Assembly (NCBI GenBank): GCA_036479435.1
Contig: JAZGFI010000130.1
Coordinates: 1 to 49,843 of the forward strand
DNA: 49,843 nt
Reading direction: 5' to 3'
From: Planctomycetota bacterium
GTDB lineage: Bacteria; Planctomycetota; GCA-002687715; DRQF01
This document shows positions 17,904 to 30,609 of the stretch, piece after piece. The notes under the pieces are model-generated. The model was not told the DNA's origin. It made no database searches and saw only the letters and a program-made list of their open reading frames with translations. How positions within the stretch are numbered: the first letter of the stretch is position 1; each line of letters begins with the position of its first letter. A program made the position numbers and the translations under genes.

Positions 17904-19391
17904 CTACTTCGAAAAGTCGATTGTCGTAAGAGACCTTTTGCCGACGGTGATCAAACGGGCCACGCCGTCTTGGCCGAAGCGCCGCGCGCCGAATCCTTCA
18001 AACTGAAGGAGAGAAATCGAGCGTGTCGCTTTTGAGGCCAGTTTGTAGCCGCCGCCTTTACCGCGGCCGGGAAAGAGCTCAAAGACGTGCTTTTTGCCTT
18101 GGCGCCGCATCACGACGAGGTCGACAATCTTGTCGCCGTCGAAGTCGTGTTGAAAGTGCGCGGCGTTGCGCCCGCTCCAACGATCGAAATCGGCGACGGC
18201 AACTTTGAGTTTGTGCTCCAAAGACGGCGCCGAGTCAAAGGGGCCGGAGTCGCCCCTGCGGCCTCGGTAGAGCCGGAGGACAACCGGCACGACGCCGAAA
18301 AATCGACTCACCGCATCCGCAAGGCGTGCACCATAAGTGCCAATGACCAAGTCGGTCATGCCGTCACCGTCGATGTCGCGAGCGTGGGGGCCGATACCCA
18401 CGACGCCCTTGGTGCGGATGACGGTGTCGGGCTGCCTTGGAAAGGGGTCTTTGCCGCCGCGATTGAGAAGGATCACGATCGTGGTCTCCATGTCGCTGAC
18501 TTCACCCGCTTTGGAGCGCATCCGTGACAAGACGAGGTCGGCGCGCCCATCGCCATCTAGGTCTTCAAGGCCAATGTCGGTTTGTTCGATCACGCCATCG
18601 GCGGTGCCTGATGCCAGCCAGGGCAAGGCGAACAGTCCTGGGTTCGCGAGGTCAAATTGTCCGGGCTTTGGCTGGAGGTAATAGTGCAGACCATCCGCAT
18701 CGAACCACGCCAAATCGCTGCGGCCGTCGCCGTCGATGTCAGCCATGGTTGGCGAGGGAAGGTCACGCTGGTACATAAACGCGCCGCGGCCGTCGCGAGC
18801 CACGCTGCGTCGCCCCGGGAGCGGGAGGAGTTTGGATTGCGGGCTCAGTCCCTTTTTTTGTCCCTTGAACCAAGCGACTCCGGTGGCGACTGGCAGAAAA
18901 AGGTCGTCTTGTTGGTCGCCATCAATGTCGAGAGGCCAATGCCAAAGGTGGGGCACTTTACGCAGCGGAGCTCGGAACAGGCTCGCGTGTTTGATCTCGA
19001 CTTGGCCATTCAAAGTCAAACTCAGAGGCTTGCCGGCTTTGCTTCCGGCTCTCCAGATCTGGACTGAAGACGGAGAGATGGCGGCAACTCCCATGCCGCC
19101 ACCGCCGAACTGACCAAAGGCCATCGCGGATGTCGCGGCCGAAATGTTGGTGGTCGGACTTTGCAGAAAACTGCCGTCAGTCTGCCCCCAGGCGACGGCG
19201 AGGGGGCGTCCGCCCGGGTGGTTTTCGCCGACGAGCAGGGCGTCTACCAGGCCGTCATCGTTGAGATCAATGAGGTGCCAGACCTCAAAGGCGAAGGTCA
19301 GTGGCGTCGTCTTTTGAGACTGAGCATGGATAGTGGGCAGCGCGGCAAGTATCCACGCCAACAAGATCCATGGTCGGGGCAGCCGGTTCAT
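17904..19391 (-). CDS. Secreted FG-GAP/VCBS-repeat protein
   Basis: Signal peptide and repeated DxDGDGxxDL motifs. Start at ATG 19391 gives a TGATG overlap with the permease stop. Confidence 0.85.
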   Translation of the reverse strand: MNRLPRPWILLAWILAALPTIHAQSQKTTPLTFAFEVWHLIDLNDDGLVDALLVGENHPGGRPLAVAWGQTDGSFLQSPTTNISAATSAMAFGQFGGGGMGVAAISPSSVQIWRAGSKAGKPLSLTLNGQVEIKHASLFRAPLRKVPHLWHWPLDIDGDQQDDLFLPVATGVAWFKGQKKGLSPQSKLLPLPGRRSVARDGRGAFMYQRDLPSPTMADIDGDGRSDLAWFDADGLHYYLQPKPGQFDLANPGLFALPWLASGTADGVIEQTDIGLEDLDGDGRADLVLSRMRSKAGEVSDMETTIVILLNRGGKDPFPRQPDTVIRTKGVVGIGPHARDIDGDGMTDLVIGTYGARLADAVSRFFGVVPVVLRLYRGRRGDSGPFDSAPSLEHKLKVAVADFDRWSGRNAAHFQHDFDGDKIVDLVVMRRQGKKHVFELFPGRGKGGGYKLASKATRSISLLQFEGFGARRFGQDGVARLITVGKRSLTTIDFSK

Positions 19392-20281
19392 CAAGGGTTC
19401 AACTCCCGCGTGCAAAAAGTCAGCTTGCTCACGCCCAAAAACAGCGCGAAGCCAAAGAGGGGGTAGAGCAGTTCGGGGTGTGTAAAGCCGAGCGCTTCAA
19501 TGTCTTGCACTTGAGTCTCGATTCCCCGGGCGGTTTCTGCGCAGCGCTCGTAGCCGATCTCAATCGCTCGAAGGCCCATGAGCGTTTCTGAATCGGGAAA
19601 GGCCTCGGCTAAGAACCCGAAAAACATGCGACTCAAGATGGCGAGCGTTACTGCCGTGGCCTCTGAATCGATGAGGGTCGAAACCAATAGACCCAAGGCA
19701 GCAAAGAAAAACAGCGGCAGGGTGGCGACCAACTGCAACTTCAGGGCCATGGCTCGCATCGACTCCAGGTCAAACTTCAAGACCGGGTCAAGCCCTTCGA
19801 TCTCAACCAAGACCGGCCCAAACCCGAACCTAAACTTCGTAACTAGCCAAGCGATGGTCAGCACCGTGCCAATGAGAATGAGTGCGAAGAGAAACAGGGT
19901 CGCGGCCTTGGCGGCAACGATCTCGGACCGAGCGACGGGGCGCAGTAGATAGGCTCGCAAGGCACTGGATTGGCGTTCGCAGTTGACACAAGACGCGCCG
20001 AGGATGACCAGCAGCAAGGAGCTGATCTCAAAGCCTCGGCGGACCATCTCGGCGAGTTCGGTCCAGGATTCCCCGGCATCAAGGGGCAAATCGGAGAACG
20101 CCGGCACCGAAAAGACGGCGAGGGCGGCGGCGAGAATGCCTAACCAGGGCAGAGCACGCCGACGCGTCTTGGCGATTTCAAAGCGCAAACAGCGGATAAA
20201 TCTCCGCGTGCGACCGGCGGGCGAGCTGGTGGTCAAGCGGCGTTTGTTTTCGACGATCTCCTCAGTTTGGACTTCGGTCAC
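19391..20281 (-). CDS. ABC-2-type transporter permease
   Basis: About 6 TM segments and the signature E...ALRAYLLRPVARSEIVAAK. Coupled to the ATPase gene. Confidence 0.8.
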   Translation of the reverse strand: MTEVQTEEIVENKRRLTTSSPAGRTRRFIRCLRFEIAKTRRRALPWLGILAAALAVFSVPAFSDLPLDAGESWTELAEMVRRGFEISSLLLVILGASCVNCERQSSALRAYLLRPVARSEIVAAKAATLFLFALILIGTVLTIAWLVTKFRFGFGPVLVEIEGLDPVLKFDLESMRAMALKLQLVATLPLFFFAALGLLVSTLIDSEATAVTLAILSRMFFGFLAEAFPDSETLMGLRAIEIGYERCAETARGIETQVQDIEALGFTHPELLYPLFGFALFLGVSKLTFCTRELNP

Positions 20282-21216
20282 GTCAGGCTGCCTTCACGGC
20301 GAAGGGACGATTGACTGAGGAAGAACTCTTCGAGGGTCACGCGTACTTCAGCTAGAGTTCGGATCTCAACGCCCGCTTTCACCAAGTCTCGGTGCAAGCG
20401 ACCCAACTGATCCGGCGAGATTTCGAACTTGATCTGCTGGGAAGGGATGCGTTTCACATTGAGACAGTCATCGTCTTGACCCAACAACTCCAGCGCGCGA
20501 TCGGCATCGACTTTCGATGCGCAGTTGAGCGAGAACCGGCCTTTCAGTCGGCTTTGGAGCGCATCCATGCGGTCGGCAAAAACGAGCTGGCCGGATTCGA
20601 TCATGATAACGTGGTCGCAGATCAACTCGATCTCGTGTATGAGGTGACTTGAGATGAAGAAAGTGACGCCGGACTCACGGTTGAGTTTTTGGATGAGCCG
20701 GCGCATCTCCATGATGCCGTTGGGGTCCAAGCCGTTCGTTGGCTCGTCCAAGATAATGAGCTCGGGTTGGCCGACCAAAGCCAGGGCGATGGCCAAGCGT
20801 TGCTTCATGCCCAAAGAGTAGTGGCGAGCCGGTCGATCTGCGGCGTCGCTTAAGCCGACTTGCTCTAAGACCTCATCCACTTCGCCTTGGTAGCCGCCGA
20901 GCCCCGACAAAAATCTGATGTTTTGGCGACCGGTTAGTCGCGGATAAAAAGCCGCAGAATCGACGAGGGCCCCAATGCGCCCTAAGGCGGCGGCGCGTCC
21001 GCGGCGGTCGTTAGCGCCGAAAAGTTCGAAGCTACCTTGGTCGGGAGCGAGCAGTCCCAAAATGATGCGCAAGGTCGTGCTCTTGCCCGAGCCGTTGAGA
21101 CCGAGGAATCCGGTGATGCTTCCGCGTTCAACTCGGAGAGAAAGATCATGCACGGCGCGCACCGGTCCGAATGACTTTCCGAGTCCTTTAGTCTCGATGA
21201 GGGCTGGCTTGGACAT
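20278..21216 (-). CDS. ABC transporter ATP-binding protein
   Basis: Walker A GLNGSGKST, signature YSLGMKQR, Walker B ILDEPTNGLD and H-loop SSH. Start could be 21216 or 21234. Confidence 0.95.
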   Translation of the reverse strand: MSKPALIETKGLGKSFGPVRAVHDLSLRVERGSITGFLGLNGSGKSTTLRIILGLLAPDQGSFELFGANDRRGRAAALGRIGALVDSAAFYPRLTGRQNIRFLSGLGGYQGEVDEVLEQVGLSDAADRPARHYSLGMKQRLAIALALVGQPELIILDEPTNGLDPNGIMEMRRLIQKLNRESGVTFFISSHLIHEIELICDHVIMIESGQLVFADRMDALQSRLKGRFSLNCASKVDADRALELLGQDDDCLNVKRIPSQQIKFEISPDQLGRLHRDLVKAGVEIRTLAEVRVTLEEFFLSQSSLRREGSLT

Positions 21217-21254
21217 GTGGTCTCGACTCTTCAATCCCGTTTAATACGCGAACG

Positions 21255-21471
21255 CGGCTTGATCTTGGAACTTGGCTTTCAGTCTTAACGGAGCCTACCC
21301 GTAAGGTCGGTCGCTTCGCAAGACGACGGGGGGCGGAGCGGGTACGGGTCTGCATAGTTACCCCTTGGCCCCTTACGTTAAGTCCAGGCTTAGATGCGCT
21401 CGATACAGATCTTGTCGAGAGGGGTATGAAAGCCGCAAGGCTCCCCTCCCCAGACACCAGATTCCAAGCCG
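21255..21471 (+). ncRNA. Candidate structured non-coding RNA, family not recognised
   Basis: Six compatible helices, a closing stem joining both ends, and two GCAA tetraloops, within a 510-bp gap between divergent operons (see findings). Confidence 0.6.
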
Positions 21472-21744
21472 GTCAGATCCGTGAGGTCAGTGCCGGCAAG
21501 GACGCTTCAAAAGCGATGAGCATTTGAGGGGGCCCATGGTCCCCCAAGGAGTTTGAAAAAGCCAGGGTTGCCGCTGTGCGTAATTCTTTCTGACCATCTC
21601 ACATTTCCCTCTTCTATTCCCTTTTCCTTCTTCTGAAGAGAGTTCCCGAGGCTTTTTCATTTTACTTCGCTTCAAATACGGGACGCGCGCCGAGGACTTC
21701 GGCGCGCGTCTTGCGTTGGGGCCCACAAGCGCCACAATTGGAGG

Positions 21745-23145
21745 ATGCAGACCGGCCGCCACATTCTGAAGCGACTCGAAGTCCGGAGCCGAGGTCCGGC
21801 CTTGACCGGGTTCTTACGGTGTTACCTGAAGCTTTTGGGACTCGGGCTGTTTTTGTTGCCGCTCGCCGCCTTGTTGTACCGGCTTGAGTTTGGCCGGCCC
21901 CAGCTTCCCTTTACCGGCGTTTTCTTGGGGCTGATCCTCTTGGCGATCTTGCTGCTTTTCTTGGCGGCGTTTGAATTTCTGCGAGGCCACGGCCAGGCCT
22001 TGACGGCGGCTCGCGAAGCTGACCTTGAACTGGGCGGCGGGGAACGCTTGTTGTCGGCGGTCGAGACCGCAACGCTCGATCGCAAGGGTCGTTTAGACCC
22101 TCTGTTGTTTCGCGACGCCGAACAGGCCCTCAACCGTTTGCCGACAAAGCGCCGACCTTCTCGCGGCTTTCCCTGGCCGCCCCTGCGGCGTATTGCCGTC
22201 GTCGTGGGTTTGGTCTTGCTGATCCTGTTTGTGCCCGCGGCCAATAGCGGCCGTTGGGGCTCCACATCAAATAAGAGCGCTTCGGTGTACGAAGGGCCCA
22301 AAGACGATGTCGTGAAGGGTGACGAAGCCGCGGCGGGTGAAGAGGCAAGCGCCGGAGATTTCGCGGGCAAGGTGACGGTACGGGCGGAAACAGATGCGCG
22401 GCTTTACCTTTTGGGTCAAGAGATCAACCTCAGTCTTGAGCTGAAGACTCTCGAACCCCTGCCCGAAGGGCGCCGGCTCAAAGCAGTCCTAGTTATCGAC
22501 GGTTCGAAGCGACTAGAGTTGCCTTTGGATTGGACGCTTCCCACCGAAACGGGGCAACGATTGGAGGCGCGCTGGGCCTTGAAGGCGCGCTTGGAGGAAA
22601 TCGAGCGCTACGAAAGTGGGCTGATGTCCATCGAGGCCTACGTTTTTGCCGCCGTTCAACGCGAAGATCTCAAGGGCCCGGCGGCCGCTAACGGGCTGCT
22701 GATCCAAATCTCTGAGAACCAGGAGCGCCTTCGCAGCAAGATGCCGCGTTCGGCTAAGAAGGAAAAGAAGCCGGATACAAAACCCCGCCGAAAGCGCCCC
22801 AAGAAAGAGCGCCCGAATCGCCCGCCTCAAAAAAAGAAGAAGCCGCGTGCCGCCGCGGCCCCCGGCCCTGGCGAAAAGCCCCCCGAGAAGATCGAGTCGA
22901 TTGAACACGTCATCGAGCCCTTGTTCGCAGGCGATCAAAAAACGAAACGCAAGACTCGCATTTTCAAACGGGACCTCGAAGATGCTCCGCCCTTGCCGCC
23001 GGAGGAAAAGAAAAAGGCCCGTGACCGCGCTTACAGCAAGGGCGTTGAGGCGGAGTTTAGGCGCATCAAGCTAGGCGATCGCGAGCGCGGGCTAGTGCGC
23101 CGCTACCTGGACGGCTTGCGTCCGGGTGGGACCTCGGGCCCATGA
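21745..23145 (+). CDS. Membrane protein of a DUF58/vWA cluster (3 TM, Lys/Pro-rich tail)
   Basis: TM-TM-(AREADLELGGGERLLSAVE)-TM architecture and C-terminal RGLVRRYLD, as seen in MoxR/vWA-associated membrane proteins. Confidence 0.6.
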   Translation: MQTGRHILKRLEVRSRGPALTGFLRCYLKLLGLGLFLLPLAALLYRLEFGRPQLPFTGVFLGLILLAILLLFLAAFEFLRGHGQALTAAREADLELGGGERLLSAVETATLDRKGRLDPLLFRDAEQALNRLPTKRRPSRGFPWPPLRRIAVVVGLVLLILFVPAANSGRWGSTSNKSASVYEGPKDDVVKGDEAAAGEEASAGDFAGKVTVRAETDARLYLLGQEINLSLELKTLEPLPEGRRLKAVLVIDGSKRLELPLDWTLPTETGQRLEARWALKARLEEIERYESGLMSIEAYVFAAVQREDLKGPAAANGLLIQISENQERLRSKMPRSAKKEKKPDTKPRRKRPKKERPNRPPQKKKKPRAAAAPGPGEKPPEKIESIEHVIEPLFAGDQKTKRKTRIFKRDLEDAPPLPPEEKKKARDRAYSKGVEAEFRRIKLGDRERGLVRRYLDGLRPGGTSGP

Positions 23146-24031
23146 GTGCAGATTCATTGGGTTTGTTGGAGCCGGAGTTTCTCGCCCGCCTCCAACGCTT
23201 GGAGATCGTGGCCAAAAAAGTCGTCGCGGGTGAATTGCGCGGCGAGCTCCGTTCGCGACGGCGCGGCGTGGGCTCTTTGTTTCGTGACTACAAAAGCTAC
23301 GCACAGGGCGATGATCTGCGCTTTTTGGATTGGAACGTCTACTCGCGTTTGGGCGAATTGCTCATCAAACAGTTCGAGGCCGAGGAAAACCTCGACCTTC
23401 TTTTGGTTGTCGATGCGAGCGGCGGGATGGACTTTGGCGACGCAAACAAGTTTGACCATGCGCGTCGCGTGGCGGCAGCGCTTGGCTTTGTCGCATTGGG
23501 AAAACAAGCCAGTGTACGTCTCGCGTTTGCGCCCCGCCTGGCGAAAGACGAGGCCAAAACGGTTTACTTTGGAGCGCGGCAGCTACAGCCGTTTTTGCAG
23601 CGACTTGAGGATCATCCGGGGGCCGGCGAGCAAGCGGACTTCTTCGAGACTTTCTCCGCGGCAGTGGGGCGGCGAAAGAGCCGGGGACTGGCCATCGTCT
23701 TGTCCGATTTCATGGGGGCGAAGGGCTACGAAAAAGGCCTCAAGTTCCTTCGGCATCAAGGCTACCGAGTAGGTGCCATCCAGGTGTTGGATCGCCGCGA
23801 TTTACACCCTGGGTTGGGCGGCCGATTGCGCCTGATGGATCTCGAATCCAACCGCAACGCCAAAGGCGTCGTCTCTAAAAAGATCCTCAAAGCCTACGAA
23901 GATGAAGTGCGCCGTTGGTGCGAAAACGTCGCCCGCTATTGCCGTCGCCAAGGCATTGATCTGGTGACTTTGGACACCTCGCTCGGTCTTGAGGCCTCGA
24001 TAAGAGAGTTGCTGAGTGGGGGACTCATCGA

Positions 24032-24035
<4 letters not shown>
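23142..24035 (+). CDS. DUF58 family protein
   Basis: F.DYKSYAQGDDLRFLDWNVYSR...IKQFEAE, LVVDAS and VLSDF. Confidence 0.92.
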
Positions 24036-27535
<3,500 letters not shown>

Positions 27536-27536
<1 letters not shown>

Positions 27537-29101
27537 TGGTTTCCGAAGCCCGCAACGAACATGAGCACGAACGCGTCGTCATCATCGACTACGGTTCGCA
27601 GTACACGCAACTCATCGCTCGACGGGTGCGCGAACATCGCGTGTTTTGCACCCTCACGACGCCCGCGGTCAAAGTCGAAGAGTTGCGCGGCCCGGACGTC
27701 AAGGCCATCATCCTTTCCGGCGGTCCTTCGTCGGTCTACGGTGAAGACAGCCCACAGCTTCCCGCCGGGCTCCTAGATCTGGATGTCCCGATCTTGGGGA
27801 TTTGCTACGGGCACCAGCTGCTCTCCCAGGCCTTCGGCGGTCGTGTCGAAGCGGTTAAAGAACGAGAGTTTGGGCGTCGATCGCTCGAAGTTGATTGCGA
27901 CAGTGTGCTGTTCACTGGCACTCCTGCCGTCCAAGACGTGTGGATGAGCCACGGGGACCAGGTCGAAGATCCCAAGCACATGTTTGAGGTCATCGCCAAG
28001 ACCTCAAGCTGCGGGCACGCCGCCGCGAAGCACCGCGAACGACCCATCTTCGGCATTCAGTTTCACCCTGAAGTTCACCACAGCGTTCACGGCTCGAAGA
28101 TCATTGAGAACTTTTTGTTCTCGGTCGCGGACTGCCGCGGTGATTGGGAGATGAGCACCTTCATCGACGACCAGGTCACCAAAATCCGCGAACAAGTGAA
28201 AGACCGCCACGTCATCTGCGGCCTTTCCGGTGGCGTCGATTCCAGCGTCGCCGCGGTCTTGGTACACCGCGCCATCGGTGATCAGCTCACTTGCATTTTC
28301 GTCGACAACGGTTTGCTGCGCAAAAACGAAGGTGACGAAGTCGAAGCGACTTTTGGCGATGCCTTCCACATGGACTTTCATCGCGTCAATGCCCAGGATC
28401 GTTTCCTCTCCGAACTCGCCGGCGTCAGCGACCCCGAGACAAAACGCAAGATCATCGGCCGTGTGTTCATCGAGGTCTTCGAAGAAAAGGCCAACGAACT
28501 GACCGATGTGGGGTTCTTAGTGCAGGGCACGCTCTATCCCGACGTCATCGAATCGGTCTCTCCGCACGGAGGCCCTTCAAAGATGATCAAGAGCCACCAC
28601 AACGTCGGCGGGCTGCCCGACAAATTGGGCTTCGCCCTCATCGAACCGCTACGCGACCTCTTCAAAGATGAGGTGCGAGCTCTCGGCCGCGAACTCAACA
28701 TCGACAACGAACTCATCCGCCGGCATCCCTTTCCGGGACCGGGCCTCGCCGTCCGCATCCCCGGTGACGTCACCGTCGCCAAAACGCTGCTCCTCCAAGA
28801 CGCCGATGCCATCTTCCGCGAAGAGATCGAAGCCGCCGGACTCTACGACGAAATCTGGCAGGCCTTCGCGGTCCTTTTGCCCGTCGATACCGTCGGCGTG
28901 ATGGGAGACGAACGCACCTACGAAAAAGTTTGCGCCCTACGCGCGGTCACCAGCACCGACGGCATGACCGCCGACTGGTACCACATGCCCTACGACGTCC
29001 TCGCCAAGATGTCCAACCGCATCATCAACGAAGTCCGCGGCATCAACCGCGTCGTCTACGACATCTCCAGCAAGCCGCCCGCCACCATCGAGTGGGAGTG
29101 A
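27536..29101 (+). CDS. guaA: GMP synthase (glutamine-hydrolysing)
   Basis: [33 protein letters not shown] and terminal [14 protein letters not shown] coupling to guaB. Confidence 0.98.
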
Positions 29102-29242
29102 AGGATCTCGTCCGATGGCCGCGGACTCACAGCGTAGTTGCTCAGCGGGTCGTCACCGAACTTGAGCACAAGTTTTCGACTGCGAAGGCGGAGTAGATTG
29201 CGGCTGTGATCTCTGCAACGACGCTCGGGATCGGCATCAAGT

Positions 29243-30283
29243 TCACATCAAACGTGGTAGTTGAGGAAAGCCGACGTTGCCGTTTTTTGGGCTAACGATG
29301 AGGGCCCTCGCGCGACCTTGATCGTCAACCGGAAACTCGACTCGGTATCCGTTTTTGATCACCCGTGTCACTGCAAGTGGCTTACCCCATTCCGTCCACT
29401 GGTGATGGAGCAAGAATTCGACAGCTCGTGCTTTGGCTTCCTGAGTGGTCGAGATGGGTTTTGGGGCATTTTCGACCGGAATCGACACGGTTGACAAAGG
29501 GGCCTTCACCGTTTGCCCCGAGTAGATTCGTTCGGCGAGCCACTCTTTCCAAGGCGACCGAACCAAGCCCGGCTCTTCGGCGTCGCCTGAACGCGACCTC
29601 AGGTCGAGCGTATTCCCATCGACGGTGGCGAGAATCAGGCGAGTCGGCATCTTTGCTTCTAGTTCGGCATCGTTGATCGCCACCAGATTTTCCAAAGAAT
29701 CCTCGGCCGAAATAGGGGCAAAGCTCGAACTTTCGATGACCATGTGCCGAGTAGACGAGGCAACCTCAATCGTTGCGATGCAAACCGGCCCAAACTGACG
29801 ACTAACTCGTACAACATCTAAAGTCACAAACCATCGGTGCCGGCAATCAGAGTTTTGTGCTTCCGACTCTCGCTTAGGATCCGGAAAGATCAGGTCGACC
29901 CCAAAACATGTGGCCATGGGACGCCAAGGCTTGCCCCCGACCACGGTCCAGATCCAACTTAGATGTTCGGTAGTTCGAAGTAGCTGCTTCGGACGCGAAA
30001 CTCGTACCTTTCCGACATCGGGCAAGGCGCCAACTACTCGAGGGCAATTCCGCTTCGTATCCCGCAAGCCCAGCTCTTGAATGATCCTGGCGGCTCCCTC
30101 CCCCTCCCCCTCGTCCTCCCAAGCGCGGAGCTGGCTGAGTGCCTTCGGCGTCACCGCAAATTCACCGTGATTTCCGTCGCGATGCCCGCAGATTTCACAG
30201 ACTTCGATGTCGGATATTTCGCGGTCAGTCCCTGGATCATCGCAGCCCATCATCATGATGAGTAGCAGCGCCATTGTGGCCAT
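29243..30283 (-). CDS. Hypothetical lipoprotein with CxxC-H motif
   Basis: Long ORF with lipoprotein signal MATMALLLIMMMG-C and CEICGH...H. Start could be 30283 or 30334. Confidence 0.6.
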   Translation of the reverse strand: MATMALLLIMMMGCDDPGTDREISDIEVCEICGHRDGNHGEFAVTPKALSQLRAWEDEGEGEGAARIIQELGLRDTKRNCPRVVGALPDVGKVRVSRPKQLLRTTEHLSWIWTVVGGKPWRPMATCFGVDLIFPDPKRESEAQNSDCRHRWFVTLDVVRVSRQFGPVCIATIEVASSTRHMVIESSSFAPISAEDSLENLVAINDAELEAKMPTRLILATVDGNTLDLRSRSGDAEEPGLVRSPWKEWLAERIYSGQTVKAPLSTVSIPVENAPKPISTTQEAKARAVEFLLHHQWTEWGKPLAVTRVIKNGYRVEFPVDDQGRARALIVSPKNGNVGFPQLPRLM

Positions 30284-30609
30284 GCTTGCGATTGGGAGTG
30301 AAGGCTCAGTCCTTACGCGAACCTCAGCATTCATCTGGTGATCCTCATTTTTTTGGTGCCTCGACTGTCGTTTCGCGGCACAACGCCCGGTTTCGGAATT
30401 GCCGGAGGAACTTTGTGGTGTCTCGGTACAAAGAGCCTCAAGTCTTCGGGAACGCCAAAACCAGTGGAGCCCTCAGCCTAACCAAGTTGCCACTATCTGC
30501 GCCACGCAAAACGCTAGGTGGAACTGCGGCGAGTTGATGACTTAGGTGCATGGGCCGGTTTCGGTTACGATTTGCCCTGTCCTGAGTCCTAGAGCAAGGC
30601 CCTTCGAAA

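Noticed and set aside
21255..21471. tmRNA, RNase P RNA, SRP RNA or a common riboswitch
   Set aside because: No T-loop/CCA end, no GAGGAAAGUCC, no SRP helix-8 motif and no B12/TPP/SAM consensus seen on either strand.
21188..21762. Short ORFs 21188..21457 and 21487..21762 on the minus strand
   Set aside because: No recognisable protein features; they overlap the structured element and probable promoter region.
30370..30410. Integron attC-like site upstream of the orphan lipoprotein
   Set aside because: There is only a loose GTT core, with no matching inverse core after the gene and no integrase.
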